64,000 nucleotides of DNA from an uncultured Verrucomicrobiae bacterium (GCA_963756875.1 CAVWPA010000003.1:576001-640000); one strand, 5' to 3'. Positions 18,899 to 29,589 are shown, numbered from the stretch's first letter. A program made the numbers and translations. Notes: a model not told the origin generated them from the letters alone.

Positions 18899-20080
18899 AT
18901 GTCTGCCGTGATCGCACGATTCTTTTTTGTTTGCGGCACGCTGCTGATTTTCGCGAGCGTTGCGCTCGGCGCAGGTAAATATCAGCGCACCAAAGACGAT
19001 AAAACCACAGTCTGGAACGCGAATCCCAAACCCGGCGACACAGCGACCTGGTTCGGGGGTCGAGACAGCGACGGATACGCGAGCGGGTTTGGCACGCTCA
19101 CCTGGTACACAGCCAGCGGCAGGGTTTACGGCCGCTATTACGGCAACATGGTCCACGGCAAATTTGATGGATCGGTGAATCTCCATTTAAAAGGAAGAAC
19201 AGCGCACGCCATCTTTACCGATGGCCAGCGAACCAGCCGCTGGGCGGCGGGTCGCGCGCCGTCCCGGATCCCCGAGCAGCAAGGCAAGCCCTCCAAACAT
19301 GAGCTCGCTGTCGCGAAGGCGGAAGCTCCGGAAGGCGTCCCGGAACCGTCGGCTACTCCAAGACAGAGGCCAACGCCAGGCGTGGAGCATTTGATAGCGA
19401 AGAAACCGGCGCCGACGCCGCGGCCTGGGCCGGTCATTGTGAGAGCGGAAAAAGTTACACCTCTTGCGAAGAAACCGGCATCGACGCCGAGGCCCGCGCC
19501 GGTCATTGCGAAAAAGGAAAGAATTAAGCCTCTTGCCAAGCTTCCCGAGCCTTCGGCTGCGCCGAGTCGGAGCCCATCGCCTCCTCCTTCGGTTGCATCG
19601 GCAAATACTGGCGTGGCTCGCGTCGAACACTCAATCAAAGAGACACCGGCGGAAGGACCGTTACCGGCCGCCAGTTCGCCTGCGAAAAAGATTGTCTCGA
19701 AACCGGCCGCTACTCAAAACACGAAAACTAAAATGGATGCTTCCTTGCAGGCACTGATCGGCCCGCCATCTTCGCTGCGGAAAAACGTCGCCACCGGCGG
19801 CTGGTCCGAGGGCGAAAAGGCTGAGCCAGGGTCATCGCCGGCTGCGAATACACGCCTCACAAAGAAGGAAGTGATCGATCTGGCGGACGCAGAAGCGCGC
19901 GCGCGGGGCTACAATCCCGCCGAATTCCAGCGCCCACAGCCGCAGTATAGTCCAGCCGAACAAAGATGGCTGCTGTTTTACGATCAGAAGGCGGGCGGTG
20001 AGATGCCGGAGATTGGAAAATATTTCACGGTCATCGTCGACGATAAAACGAAGAAGACGTCGCTGACCCCGGCGCATTGA
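18899..20080 (+). CDS. Secreted hypothetical protein: Gly/aromatic beta-rich N-domain, Pro/Lys/Ala linker, small C-domain
   Basis: Signal peptide, GFGTLTWY..YYGNMVHGKFDG (MORN-like pattern), low-complexity linker with a ~23-aa duplication (AKKPAPTPRPGPVI / AKKPASTPRPAPVI). Confidence 0.7.
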   Translation: MSAVIARFFFVCGTLLIFASVALGAGKYQRTKDDKTTVWNANPKPGDTATWFGGRDSDGYASGFGTLTWYTASGRVYGRYYGNMVHGKFDGSVNLHLKGRTAHAIFTDGQRTSRWAAGRAPSRIPEQQGKPSKHELAVAKAEAPEGVPEPSATPRQRPTPGVEHLIAKKPAPTPRPGPVIVRAEKVTPLAKKPASTPRPAPVIAKKERIKPLAKLPEPSAAPSRSPSPPPSVASANTGVARVEHSIKETPAEGPLPAASSPAKKIVSKPAATQNTKTKMDASLQALIGPPSSLRKNVATGGWSEGEKAEPGSSPAANTRLTKKEVIDLADAEARARGYNPAEFQRPQPQYSPAEQRWLLFYDQKAGGEMPEIGKYFTVIVDDKTKKTSLTPAH

Positions 20081-20089
20081 ACCTTGCCC

Positions 20090-22468
20090 TTAGTCCGTCG
20101 CGCGCGCAGTCGATCGTATTTCTTGCGCAGCCGCCCCGGCGTCCGCCGCCGGAGTAATGCTAATCACGACGAACTTGCTTGTCGGCGTGTTTGATCGCTC
20201 CGCGACACTGTTGATCGGAACCAGAACATTTCCCTCCGGAAAATAGGTAGCCGTACAGCCTCGTGCGATCGAATGAGGCGCGATCTGAAAATGGCGCGCG
20301 CAACGTTTCTCGTTCTCTCCAAAGTGGCTGGTGAGATCGACAATCTGTCCCTGGGTTAATCCGGCTTCTTTTATGTCCTCCGGATTCATGAAGAGCACGC
20401 GGCGTCCGTTGTAGATGCCGCGATAGCGATCGTCCAAACCATAAATGTGCGTGTTGAACTGATCGTGGGACCGAATCGTCATCAAAATGAATTTCCCCGC
20501 GCTCAATTCGTTGCGCGGGATCGGATGCACGGTGAAAAGCGCTTTGCCGGTTTTATTATTAAACTTCCGGTGATCGCGCGCGGCGTTAGGCAGATAGAAA
20601 ATATCTTGAGAGATCCGCTTGTTAAAATTTTCAAAACCGGGAATCACATGTTCGATGTGATCGCGGATACGGTTGTAATCGGCAATTAGTCCTTCCCAAT
20701 CGACCGGGCTGCGAGCGCTCAGCGTCGCCCACGCCATGCCGGCAACGATCGCCGGCTCGCTGCGAAGCTGGTCGCTCGCCGGCTCGAGCACCCCGCGCGA
20801 TGGATTAATGATGCCCATCGAGTCCTCGACCGTGACGAATTGTTCGCCCGTCGCCTGTCGATCGATTTCCGAGCGGCCAAGACACGGGAGAATCAGTGCG
20901 ATCTCCCCGGTAATAAGATGAGAACGATTGAGCTTGGTCGAAACATGCGCGGTTAGACGGCACTTTTGAAGCGCCTCGGCGGTAAACTCCGTGTCCGGCG
21001 CGGCGGAAAGGAAGTTGCCGCCCATTGCAATAAATGCGCGGATCGCGCCGCGATGCATCTGCTTGATTGTCTCGACCGTATCGGTGCCATGCTCGCGCGG
21101 TGGATCGAAACCGAACTCGCTTCCGAGCTTTTGCCGGAACGTTTCGTTCATGCGTTCCCAGATTCCCATCGTCCGATCGCCCTGGACATTGGAATGACCG
21201 CGCACCGGACATGGACCCGTTCCGGGACGTCCGATATTTCCGCCGAGCAGCAGAAAATTCATGATCTCCTGAATGGTCCCGACAGCATTGCGATGCTGGG
21301 TCAATCCCATTGCCCAGCAACAAATGATGCGTTTCGAGTTGATCGCGATCTCAGCCGCGGCCCGGATCTGCTCTCGCGTCACACCGCTGCTCACGAGAAT
21401 ATCGTCCCAGCTCGCTTTTTCCAGGTCGTCGACGAACTGCTCGAAGCCGGCCGTGAAATCCTTGATGAATCCCTGATCGAAAACCGTGCCCGGCCGCTTG
21501 CGCTCTTCGGCCAGCATCTCTTTCATGATCCCCTTCAGCACCGCGATGTCGCCATTGATTCTGATCGGCAACCAGAGATCGCTCAGCTTCTGGCCTTCGC
21601 CAAACAATAACCCGGGCGCGCGCAGGGGATTTTTTAGCTCCTGCGGATTCTTGAATCGGAAATTGCCGACCTCGGGCATCGGATTGATCGAGACAATTTT
21701 AGCGCCCGCTTCCTTCGCCTGCTGCAGGCTGTCTAACATTCGCGGGTGATTTGTTCCCGGATTCTGACCGATGATAAAGATCGCGTCGGCGCGGGGAAAG
21801 TCGTGGAGCGTAACGCATCCCTTTCCGACCCCGATCACTTCGTTCAACGCAGTGCCGCTCGACTCGTGGCACATGTTCGAGCAATCCGGCAGATTATTGG
21901 TTCCAAACTGGCGAACAAATAACTGATAGAGAAACGCGGTCTCGTTGCTGGTTCGGCCGCTGGTGTAAAACGCGGCTGCATTCGGACTTGGAAGCGCATT
22001 GAGTTCGGTGGCAATCAGCTGGAAGGCATCATTCCACGAAATCGACTGGTAATGGGTTGCGCCGGCCGGCTTGATTAGCGGCTGCGTCAAGCGCCCCTGT
22101 TGCCCAAGCCAGAAATCGCTTTGGCTTCGCAGATCGTCTAACGAGTGCTGCCGGAAAAAGCCTTCGGTCAGTCGCTTGGTCGTCGCTTCATCGGCGACGG
22201 CCTTTGCACCGTTCTCGCAGAATTCCGCCACCTTCCGATCCTGATCTGGACTTGGCCATGCGCAGCTCTGGCAATCGAATCCCTTCTTCTTATTTATCGC
22301 GAGGAGCGTCTTGAGCGCGCGCATCGGTCCCATTTCGCGCAGACCAAAGCGAACCGTCTGGTAAATCGCCGGCAAACCGGCGGCAACCTTTGATCCCGAT
22401 AACACGTCCGCCGGTTCCTGCTCGACCGGCGGCTGCGCACCGGGCACTGGATCTTGCTCGAGGGCCAT
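20090..22468 (-). CDS. FdhF/YdeP family molybdopterin oxidoreductase
   Basis: GFDCQSCAWP, EFCENGAKA, FYTSGRTSNE, NNLPDCSNMCHESSG, RGHSNVQGDRTMG, IRSHDQFNT. Confidence 0.93.
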   Translation of the reverse strand: MALEQDPVPGAQPPVEQEPADVLSGSKVAAGLPAIYQTVRFGLREMGPMRALKTLLAINKKKGFDCQSCAWPSPDQDRKVAEFCENGAKAVADEATTKRLTEGFFRQHSLDDLRSQSDFWLGQQGRLTQPLIKPAGATHYQSISWNDAFQLIATELNALPSPNAAAFYTSGRTSNETAFLYQLFVRQFGTNNLPDCSNMCHESSGTALNEVIGVGKGCVTLHDFPRADAIFIIGQNPGTNHPRMLDSLQQAKEAGAKIVSINPMPEVGNFRFKNPQELKNPLRAPGLLFGEGQKLSDLWLPIRINGDIAVLKGIMKEMLAEERKRPGTVFDQGFIKDFTAGFEQFVDDLEKASWDDILVSSGVTREQIRAAAEIAINSKRIICCWAMGLTQHRNAVGTIQEIMNFLLLGGNIGRPGTGPCPVRGHSNVQGDRTMGIWERMNETFRQKLGSEFGFDPPREHGTDTVETIKQMHRGAIRAFIAMGGNFLSAAPDTEFTAEALQKCRLTAHVSTKLNRSHLITGEIALILPCLGRSEIDRQATGEQFVTVEDSMGIINPSRGVLEPASDQLRSEPAIVAGMAWATLSARSPVDWEGLIADYNRIRDHIEHVIPGFENFNKRISQDIFYLPNAARDHRKFNNKTGKALFTVHPIPRNELSAGKFILMTIRSHDQFNTHIYGLDDRYRGIYNGRRVLFMNPEDIKEAGLTQGQIVDLTSHFGENEKRCARHFQIAPHSIARGCTATYFPEGNVLVPINSVAERSNTPTSKFVVISITPAADAGAAAQEIRSTARATD

Positions 22469-22609
22469 GGATCTTTGATCAAGTATCGAGCATCTAGCAT
22501 CCAGTATCCAGTATCCAGAATCGCTCTGCGACTTCTGACTTCAGCATTGGACGTTGCGGGTTCGACGTTTTCCGTTTTCGTCCGACTTCCGCGCTCTCGC
22601 CCTCGCCCC

Positions 22610-23737
22610 TTACCGCTTTGCGTCTTCAATCCCCCGCCGCGTCGTCAAGTAAACCGCGAAACTCCCGAGCCAATGTCCGCCTTCGTAATGCTCCCCGGTC
22701 ACCGCCGCCAGCCCTGCGCGACGATGCGCATCCGCCGTCGCTTGTAACGCTGGCCGGCGCGGATCGTCCGCCGGCAATCCGGAAATGATTCCTTCCAGCA
22801 TCCACGCCCGGCTCAAATTCAATCCATCCAGATGCGCAAGCTTCGGATCGCTCGGATCGGGCGAAACCACCGGCTTTAACCAGTCTGCGATTTCCTTCTC
22901 ATTACTGCCAGTCCGGCTCGGACTCGGAATTTGCGGCATGAATCCTTTTAACCACGTCGCGAATTGTTTCGGAGGAAGAACCCGTCGCATCACGTCCGCT
23001 TCGCCGAGACATGGCGAAAGAAAATCTTCTCCGGAAGGTTCGTAGGCGAGGGGACAATTTTTGTCCGCGAGAAAGAATTTCTTCGCCGAATCGCTGCAAA
23101 GTTTGGCGAGTGGTTGATTGCCGGTCGACCGCGCGTAATCCAGGATCAATCCGAGCGCGAACGCGGTTTGATCGTGCTCGCCGATCCGGACCGGGTTCGA
23201 AAGTTTCGGCAACCATGTCGTCAGGCGTTCCACGGCTGTGTCTTCGAGCGGCTTTAGATTCGCCGACCACGTTCGCGCCTGCGGATCGTTCCATTCATGC
23301 AGTTCCGCGCACAATTGCAGGAGCCACGCCAGCCCGTAAGGCCGCTCAAAACTTGCCCGGCCTTTCCCATTCAGATAAGCGGCTTCCTGTTTGATGTTCT
23401 CAGCGGTCAAACTCTGCGCCAGCGCCTTGCGTGCGTCGGCGGCGAACGGCGCATTGGGAAACGTGCGCAACAGGCGCACCAGCAGCCAATGTCCGTGCAC
23501 CGACGAATGCCAGTCGTAACAGCCGCAAAACGCGGGAGTCAGTTTACGTGGCGGCGCGACGTCCGCATCGCTGTTGAGAACGTGCGCGATCTTGTTCGGA
23601 TACTCCTTATGCACGCAAGCCAGCGCCAGCTTCGCAAATCGTTCCGCCGCTTTCGCATCGAATTTTGGCGTCGGAGTATTTTCCGCGAATAGCGCGCCAC
23701 CAAGGACCAGAAGAAGCGCTGCGATCCCAACCTTCAT
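22610..23737 (-). CDS. DUF2891 family secreted protein
   Basis: EYPNKIAH, PAFCGCYDWHSSVHGHW, FERPYGLAW, HLDGLNLSRAW, HYEGGHWLGSFA. Confidence 0.88.
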   Translation of the reverse strand: MKVGIAALLLVLGGALFAENTPTPKFDAKAAERFAKLALACVHKEYPNKIAHVLNSDADVAPPRKLTPAFCGCYDWHSSVHGHWLLVRLLRTFPNAPFAADARKALAQSLTAENIKQEAAYLNGKGRASFERPYGLAWLLQLCAELHEWNDPQARTWSANLKPLEDTAVERLTTWLPKLSNPVRIGEHDQTAFALGLILDYARSTGNQPLAKLCSDSAKKFFLADKNCPLAYEPSGEDFLSPCLGEADVMRRVLPPKQFATWLKGFMPQIPSPSRTGSNEKEIADWLKPVVSPDPSDPKLAHLDGLNLSRAWMLEGIISGLPADDPRRPALQATADAHRRAGLAAVTGEHYEGGHWLGSFAVYLTTRRGIEDAKR

Positions 23738-23820
23738 CGCTGAAATAATGCCGGTGGGGCGAGACTCTGTCGAGCCGACGAATTACCCAACGGCGATTGG
23801 GAAGCCGCTCCTCCTTGAAG

Positions 23821-23873
23821 GGTAGGGACGGCGCGCTGCGCCGTCCAGGACATCGCAGCGCGATGTCCCTACC
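23821..23873. repeat. GTAG-type REP doublet (inverted pair)
   Basis: GGTAGGGACGGCGCGCTGCGCCGTCC plus inverted GGACATCGCAGCGCGATGTCCCTACC; relatives at 29748-29805, 31769-31794 and 55069-55094. Confidence 0.8.
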
Positions 23874-23961
23874 TCTTTCGGAGTTGGACGTTGGGCGTTC
23901 GGCGTTTCTGACCTCCGACGAGGCCCTTACCTCTTACCCCTTCGCTCTTCGCCCTTACCGC

Positions 23962-26900
23962 TTATTTCTTCGCTGTCACTTTGTCCGCTTCCTCGACGTC
24001 GGCTTTCAGCTTTTGCTCGCCTTCCTTGGCTTTCTGATCGAGTTCGCTGAACACAGCGGATTGTGCCGCAGTGGGCTTGCCATACGACAAGTCAATGTCC
24101 GACGCCAGGTACGCGAGATGATCGCGCAGCTTGGTCCCATAGAGCAGATCGCCTTCGCTCGATCTACTGGCCAACTCCGCCACACTGTCGATGTCGCGGG
24201 TGAGCGCGGCCAGAGCGCCGGCGGCCTGCGCGTCGGTCACGCTCTTGGCGGAAACGGCCTTCTGCAGCTTGTCGCGTGCGGCCAGCGCTTCGTTAATCTG
24301 CTTATTCAGCGCATCGAGGTCCGCATGAATCTTTAGATCTAAATCCAAGCGCGCTTCCAGGTCCTCTTTTGTGGCATGAAGCCGCGGATCGAGAGCGACC
24401 GCAAAGCTCTGTTGCGTTTTCTGTCCGCCATAATTGAGCACAACCGAATACGTGCCAGGTGCCACGACGGGACCCTCGACCGAATCCTCCAGGCCGCCTG
24501 CCGCGATTGGAGCATGGAAGCCGGTTATCTCCGTCGCATACGGATAACGCAGGTCCCACTGGAGCCGATTCATCCCCGGCTCGACAGCAGCAAGCTTCGC
24601 TTCCTTTTCTCGAATTTTCTGATCTGTGCTCTTCTCGCTGTGGTCCACTTCGGCGGCAACATTTTCCAGATGGCCGCCGACCTGCGCTTCGCTCACCCGT
24701 TCTTTCTCCTTTATCTCTTTTTCCGTGGCCAGGTGCAGCGGGATGCTACGAATCACTTTTCCTTGTGCATCGGTGAATTCGAGCGTTGCCGGCGTTTTGC
24801 CGTCGTAGTTTTGAGGAATGTGAAAGAAAACGGTCGCGCCGAACGGCGGGTTATAACCGGCATCGGGAGGACGTCTTCTGTCTGGATCGAAAGCGCCATA
24901 ATCATGAGTCAGCCACGCCTGTTCCGGAGCGAACAGGAAGCTGGCATTGGATTGCACGGCTGGATTTTTGGCCAGCTGTTCGAGAAACGCCAGATTATCA
25001 AGGACCCAAAAAGCGCGACCGTGAGTGGCTGCAACCACTTCGCCCTGGCGCGTATTAATGGCAATGTCGCGCACCTGCGCCACGGGCAGATTTAGCGTAA
25101 GCGGTTGCCAGTGGTCGCCTTCGTCCAGACTGAAATACACCGTGCTGCGAGTGCCGAGGAACAACAGTTTGGACTCGTTAGGGTCTTGCCGGATATCGAA
25201 GACAAATTCGGTTTCCGGCAGGCCGGCCGTAATCGCGGTCCAATGCTTGCCCAGATCGGTGGTCTTAAAGACGTACGGCTTGAAATCGTCCAACATGTAG
25301 CGCCGTGCCGTCAGATACGCGGTCTGCTTGTCGGTGTGTGACGGCTCGATGCAACTGATCCATGACTCGGGCAGCCCGGGCGGAGTCACCTTTTCCCAGT
25401 TCTTTCCGCCATCCGTGGTGACGTGGGCGAGACCGTCGTCGGATCCGGCCCAAATGAGATTAGCGTCGAGAGGCGAAACCGCGAGCGCCGAAACCAAAGG
25501 ATAGATTTCCGCTCCTGACTGGTCGAGATCGATGGGGCCGCCGCTGGGAACTTGCCTGCTTTTCTCGTTGCGGGTGAGATCGGGCGAGATTTGAGTCCAG
25601 GTCGCGCCGTAGTCGTCGCTCTTAAATACATATTGCGCAGACGTGAACAGTTCCTTCGGATTTGCCGGCGAAAACAGAATGGGATGTGTCCATCCCCACC
25701 GATACTTTAGCTCGCCTGACGATGCGCCCTCCTGGTAATGCGGCCACGGGCTCACGCTCCGGTATTCGTCCGTGCGCCGATCGTGTTTCACGAAGATGCT
25801 GTAGTATCCGCTGCCGTAAGTGATTTCGGGATCTCCCGGTTGCGGCACGGAGTAAGTGCTTTCGCCATAGGCAACGCTGTGCCACGCGGCCAGCGGAATC
25901 GTTCCACCGGCGTGGGCGCTCGGCCCTTCAAAAGCGCCTTCGTCCTGCTGCGCGCCGTAAATGTGAAACGGAAACTGGTCGTCAATGTTAACATGATAGA
26001 ACTGGCCGGTTGGCTGGTTGTGCTCGGTGCTCCATGTCTTGCCGGCATCGGTCGAGACGGTCGCGCCGCCATCATTGCCCTCGAGCAGAATCCGGGTGTC
26101 GTCCGGGTTGATCCACACCACGTGATTATCGCCGTGCGGCGTTTTCAACTTGTTGAATGTTTTGCCGCCGTCACGTGAAACCCACAGCGCATCCACCTCG
26201 GGCGCGTAAACGGTGTTGGGATCCTTGGGATCCGCATAAATCGTCATGTAATAAAAAGCGCGTTGCCGCAGTTTCATCTCCTCATTCACGCGCTTCCATG
26301 TGGCGCCGGCGTCATCCGAACGGAACACGCCGCCTTCCTTTGCCTGAATGATGGCGTACACCGTGTTCGGTTTGCTCGCAGCAATGGAGACGCCGATGCG
26401 TCCCAGCACCGTCGTCGGCAAACCGGGATTGCGCGTGATATTGGACCAATGCGCGCCGCCGTCGGTGCTCTTATATATGCCGCTGCCCGGACCGCCGCTT
26501 ATAAGCCCCCACGGCGTGCGGATCGCCTGCCACATCGTGGCGTACATCACGCCCGGATGATTCGGGTCCATCACCAGACAGATGGCGCCGGTGTTGTTGT
26601 CCACGAACAAAATTTTCTTCCAGGATTTGCCGCCATCGGTGGACTTGAAAATGCCGCGGTTGGGATCGGGCGCGAACACGTGCCCCATGGAAGCGACATA
26701 AACAACGTTGGGATTCTTGGGATCAACGAGGATTGCGCTGATCGCGTGGGCGTCGCGCAAACCGGCAAACTGCCACGTTTTGCCGGTGTCGGTGGATTTG
26801 TAAACGCCGTCGCCGGGGATCACATTGGCGCGAATATCGGCTTCGCCGGTGCCGACATAAAGAATCTTGGGATCGGACGGTGCCACGGCTACTGCGCCGA

Positions 26901-27207
26901 TGCTGGAACTCGGCCCCGGCAGCTTGCCATCAGTGATGTTCTCCCATTCGACGCCGTTGTCCGTGCTTTTCCAGACGCCGCCGCCCACCGTTCCGGCATA
27001 AAACAGGTTATTGTTTCCCCGAACGCCGGTCACCGTGACCACTCGCCCGCCGATGAACGGCCCGATGGAACGCCACTTGAGCTTGCTCATCAGGTCTTGC
27101 GTAGCAAGGGCCTTCGATTGTTGAGATTGCGCGAGCGCAGGAAGCAACGCAGCGAAAGCGAAAACAAAAAGCGTGCGGACATTCACAAAACCAAAAACAT
27201 TTTTCAT
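23962..27207 (-). CDS. Secreted BNR/Asp-box (VPS10/sortilin-like) beta-propeller glycosyl hydrolase-family protein
   Basis: Signal peptide, LKWRSIGP..GGRV, many S.DGG.TW Asp-boxes, PHGDNH, C-terminal helical tail. Confidence 0.85.
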   Translation of the reverse strand: MKNVFGFVNVRTLFVFAFAALLPALAQSQQSKALATQDLMSKLKWRSIGPFIGGRVVTVTGVRGNNNLFYAGTVGGGVWKSTDNGVEWENITDGKLPGPSSSIGAVAVAPSDPKILYVGTGEADIRANVIPGDGVYKSTDTGKTWQFAGLRDAHAISAILVDPKNPNVVYVASMGHVFAPDPNRGIFKSTDGGKSWKKILFVDNNTGAICLVMDPNHPGVMYATMWQAIRTPWGLISGGPGSGIYKSTDGGAHWSNITRNPGLPTTVLGRIGVSIAASKPNTVYAIIQAKEGGVFRSDDAGATWKRVNEEMKLRQRAFYYMTIYADPKDPNTVYAPEVDALWVSRDGGKTFNKLKTPHGDNHVVWINPDDTRILLEGNDGGATVSTDAGKTWSTEHNQPTGQFYHVNIDDQFPFHIYGAQQDEGAFEGPSAHAGGTIPLAAWHSVAYGESTYSVPQPGDPEITYGSGYYSIFVKHDRRTDEYRSVSPWPHYQEGASSGELKYRWGWTHPILFSPANPKELFTSAQYVFKSDDYGATWTQISPDLTRNEKSRQVPSGGPIDLDQSGAEIYPLVSALAVSPLDANLIWAGSDDGLAHVTTDGGKNWEKVTPPGLPESWISCIEPSHTDKQTAYLTARRYMLDDFKPYVFKTTDLGKHWTAITAGLPETEFVFDIRQDPNESKLLFLGTRSTVYFSLDEGDHWQPLTLNLPVAQVRDIAINTRQGEVVAATHGRAFWVLDNLAFLEQLAKNPAVQSNASFLFAPEQAWLTHDYGAFDPDRRRPPDAGYNPPFGATVFFHIPQNYDGKTPATLEFTDAQGKVIRSIPLHLATEKEIKEKERVSEAQVGGHLENVAAEVDHSEKSTDQKIREKEAKLAAVEPGMNRLQWDLRYPYATEITGFHAPIAAGGLEDSVEGPVVAPGTYSVVLNYGGQKTQQSFAVALDPRLHATKEDLEARLDLDLKIHADLDALNKQINEALAARDKLQKAVSAKSVTDAQAAGALAALTRDIDSVAELASRSSEGDLLYGTKLRDHLAYLASDIDLSYGKPTAAQSAVFSELDQKAKEGEQKLKADVEEADKVTAKK

Positions 27208-27406
27208 AATTCAATCCCTCCTCGGGAATTCTTTTTTTAATCGTCGCGCGTGTCAATAATATACCAACTCGGCTCAGGCCCTCGAAAGATCCAAGTTCCA
27301 AAATCCAAACCCCGAAGAAACTCCAAAGCTCAAATTAAGAAAGATTCTTGTAGCCACGGCGCTGGATGTTGGGCGTTTTCTGCTCCGACGTCTGACCCTG
27401 AACTTT

Positions 27407-27496
27407 AATCCTGCTCTTTCACTTTCACATGCACTCCCGTAAGTCCGTGGAAACACAAACAAAGCAGAGTAAGTGAAAGTGAATGTGTAAGATTCA
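27407..27496. repeat. ~90-bp dispersed hairpin element with hexamer-repeat arms
   Basis: Its reverse complement matches 52735-52824 with 7 mismatches by eye; a shorter copy lies at ~54980-55057. Confidence 0.85.
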
Positions 27497-27652
27497 TGAT
27501 TTGCCCCGTTTTTCCGACTTCGGCGTTGGACGTTGAGCGTTGGATGTTGGGCGTTTTCTGACTTCCTTCTCCCTAGCCCTTGCCCCTTTGCTCTTTGCGC
27601 TTCCCCCGGCCTGCCCCTTGCTCATTACGATGTGTACGTTACTTTTTCGCCC

Positions 27653-28438
27653 GTGAAACCCGTAGTCCTCCCACTCGCTTCCCTTCTTTCACTGCTGCCA
27701 ATCTGCGCATTTGCGGGCAGCAACGTCGTCAACCTCTCCCACTACGACATGATGCATCCTGACTTTATCGGGATGAAAAACGAAGGCATCGTCGGCGTGA
27801 TTCATGAGGCGACTTATCCGCGGTACGAGCGCGACGACAAATATTATCGGCGACAGGTGGCCGCGACCGACGCCGGATTATTGTGGGGCGCGTATCATTT
27901 CGGCGACGGAACAAATCCCATCCGGCAGGCCGACCATTTTCTGAGAGTTGTTGAATCATCGCGGGTGCGGACGCCGTTTCAACTCGACGATCCTTCAAAG
28001 CCCGGCCCCGGCGTGTTACTGGTGCTCGATTTTGAACACAACGGCCATTATCCCGGCGGCACGATGACCGTTGGTCAGGCGGTGGCCTTCGTGGAGCGGA
28101 TCAAGCAGCGCACCGGGAAATATCCGGGTCTGTATGGCAGCGAGTATCGTCTGCGACAGATGTTGTACGGGCGCGGGTCGAATGAATCGTACCGGCGCAC
28201 GTTATCGAATTGCTGGCTTTGGATCGCCAATTATCACGACCAACCGCGCAACACATCGCCCTGGAGCACCTGGCGGCTGTGGCAATATTGCGGCGACGGC
28301 AAATGCGATTTGCGTCCTCGCCACAGGTTTCCGAAAAGCATCTCGAACATTAGAAAAGCCGAGCGCAACATCTTCCGCGGGACCGACGTCGCCCTTCGCA
28401 ACTTCTGGACCCAAAACGCCTGGCATCCCGAGGGCTGA
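27653..28438 (+). CDS. Glycoside hydrolase family 25 (lysozyme/muramidase-like)
   Basis: Signal peptide, VVNLSHY, HEAT, LWGAYHF, LVLDFE (DxE), PGLYG, LWIANY, WRLWQY; GTG start inferred. Confidence 0.85.
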   Translation: MKPVVLPLASLLSLLPICAFAGSNVVNLSHYDMMHPDFIGMKNEGIVGVIHEATYPRYERDDKYYRRQVAATDAGLLWGAYHFGDGTNPIRQADHFLRVVESSRVRTPFQLDDPSKPGPGVLLVLDFEHNGHYPGGTMTVGQAVAFVERIKQRTGKYPGLYGSEYRLRQMLYGRGSNESYRRTLSNCWLWIANYHDQPRNTSPWSTWRLWQYCGDGKCDLRPRHRFPKSISNIRKAERNIFRGTDVALRNFWTQNAWHPEG

Positions 28439-28883
28439 GCAGGCGTGTCGCCTGCGAGAGATCATGATCTTGCTCATGCTCATGATCCTGATCGATACTA
28501 GATACTCGATCCTGGATGTTTCCTGCTGTAGGGGCGGGGCTTTCAAAACTCTGTCGAGCCGAGAAATCGCTGCCGCACGCGGTCTCGTGCTCGTGATCAA
28601 AGCCGGGAGCCAGGAGCGTGGAGCTCGCTGGTGGATCGGCCGCTCCGCCGGGCGATGCTAAAAATTTGGCAGCCTTTGGCAGCGTAGAAGTAACATCGAG
28701 CAAGGGACTGCTCGATCCACCTTTTCCCGCTTCCTCTTAGTCTTACTCCTGATCCTGATCGAAGCTCGAAGCGAGGCGCACCACGGCCCGCCGGATTCTA
28801 GATACCGGATCCTAGATACCACACACCAGAGACTGGATCTTAGATACTAAATACCACATACTGGGTCCTAGGTCCGGTAATCC

Positions 28884-29589
28884 ATGCTAGTCAGCCATTG
28901 TAAGCATTTTATCTACACGAAAACGGTCAAAACAGCGGGCACTTCCATCGAAGTCTATTTTGAACCGTATTGCGTGCCAGAAGGGGAATGGAGATTTCAA
29001 CACGGCCACACGGAATACGAAAGTGATTCGGGAATTATCGGTTATCGCGGAAAGAAGAACGGGGAGAAGAGATGGTTCAATCACATGCCTGCGGCGACGA
29101 TTCAAAGACAACTGGGCAAAGCGATTTGGGATGAGGTACTTCAAATTCTGCGTTGTCCGAAATCCCTTCGACAAATTAGTTTCAGCCTTCCATTTCGCAG
29201 AAGGACAGAAGAGTCATCCTGTAGCCGGAGAGAAACCGAGAACCCGGGTCAAAAGCCTGGGAAACTCCATGGATCAACGTCCGGTCGAAGAACGATTCAG
29301 GTCATGGATAATGCAGGGAGCCTTTCGAATGGATCGCGGTGCATACACAATCGATGGGAAAATTTGCATGGATTACTTCATTCGGTATGAGGATATCGAG
29401 AACGGCGTAAAGCACGTTTGCCAGGTCCTCGAAATTCCGTTCGAACCGGAACGAATCCCAAGTTTAAAGGTTGGATTCCGTCCCCGCGGGCTCTCGCTGC
29501 GCGATTATTATTCTCCTGAAACAATCCAGCTCGTAGTCGAACGATACGCGTTTGAATTCGACAATTTCGGCTATTCCACGGTTCCCTGA
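28884..29589 (+). CDS. Sulfotransferase family 2 protein, frameshifted at ~29135
   Basis: 5'-PSB-like KTVKTAGTSIE in the first frame; FKFCVVRNPFDKLVS and DYFIRYEDI in the second; one extra G in GATGAGGTAC. Confidence 0.8.

Noticed and set aside
27653..28438. GH25 lysozyme as a prophage endolysin
   Set aside because: It has a signal peptide and host-like context, with no holin or phage structural genes nearby.
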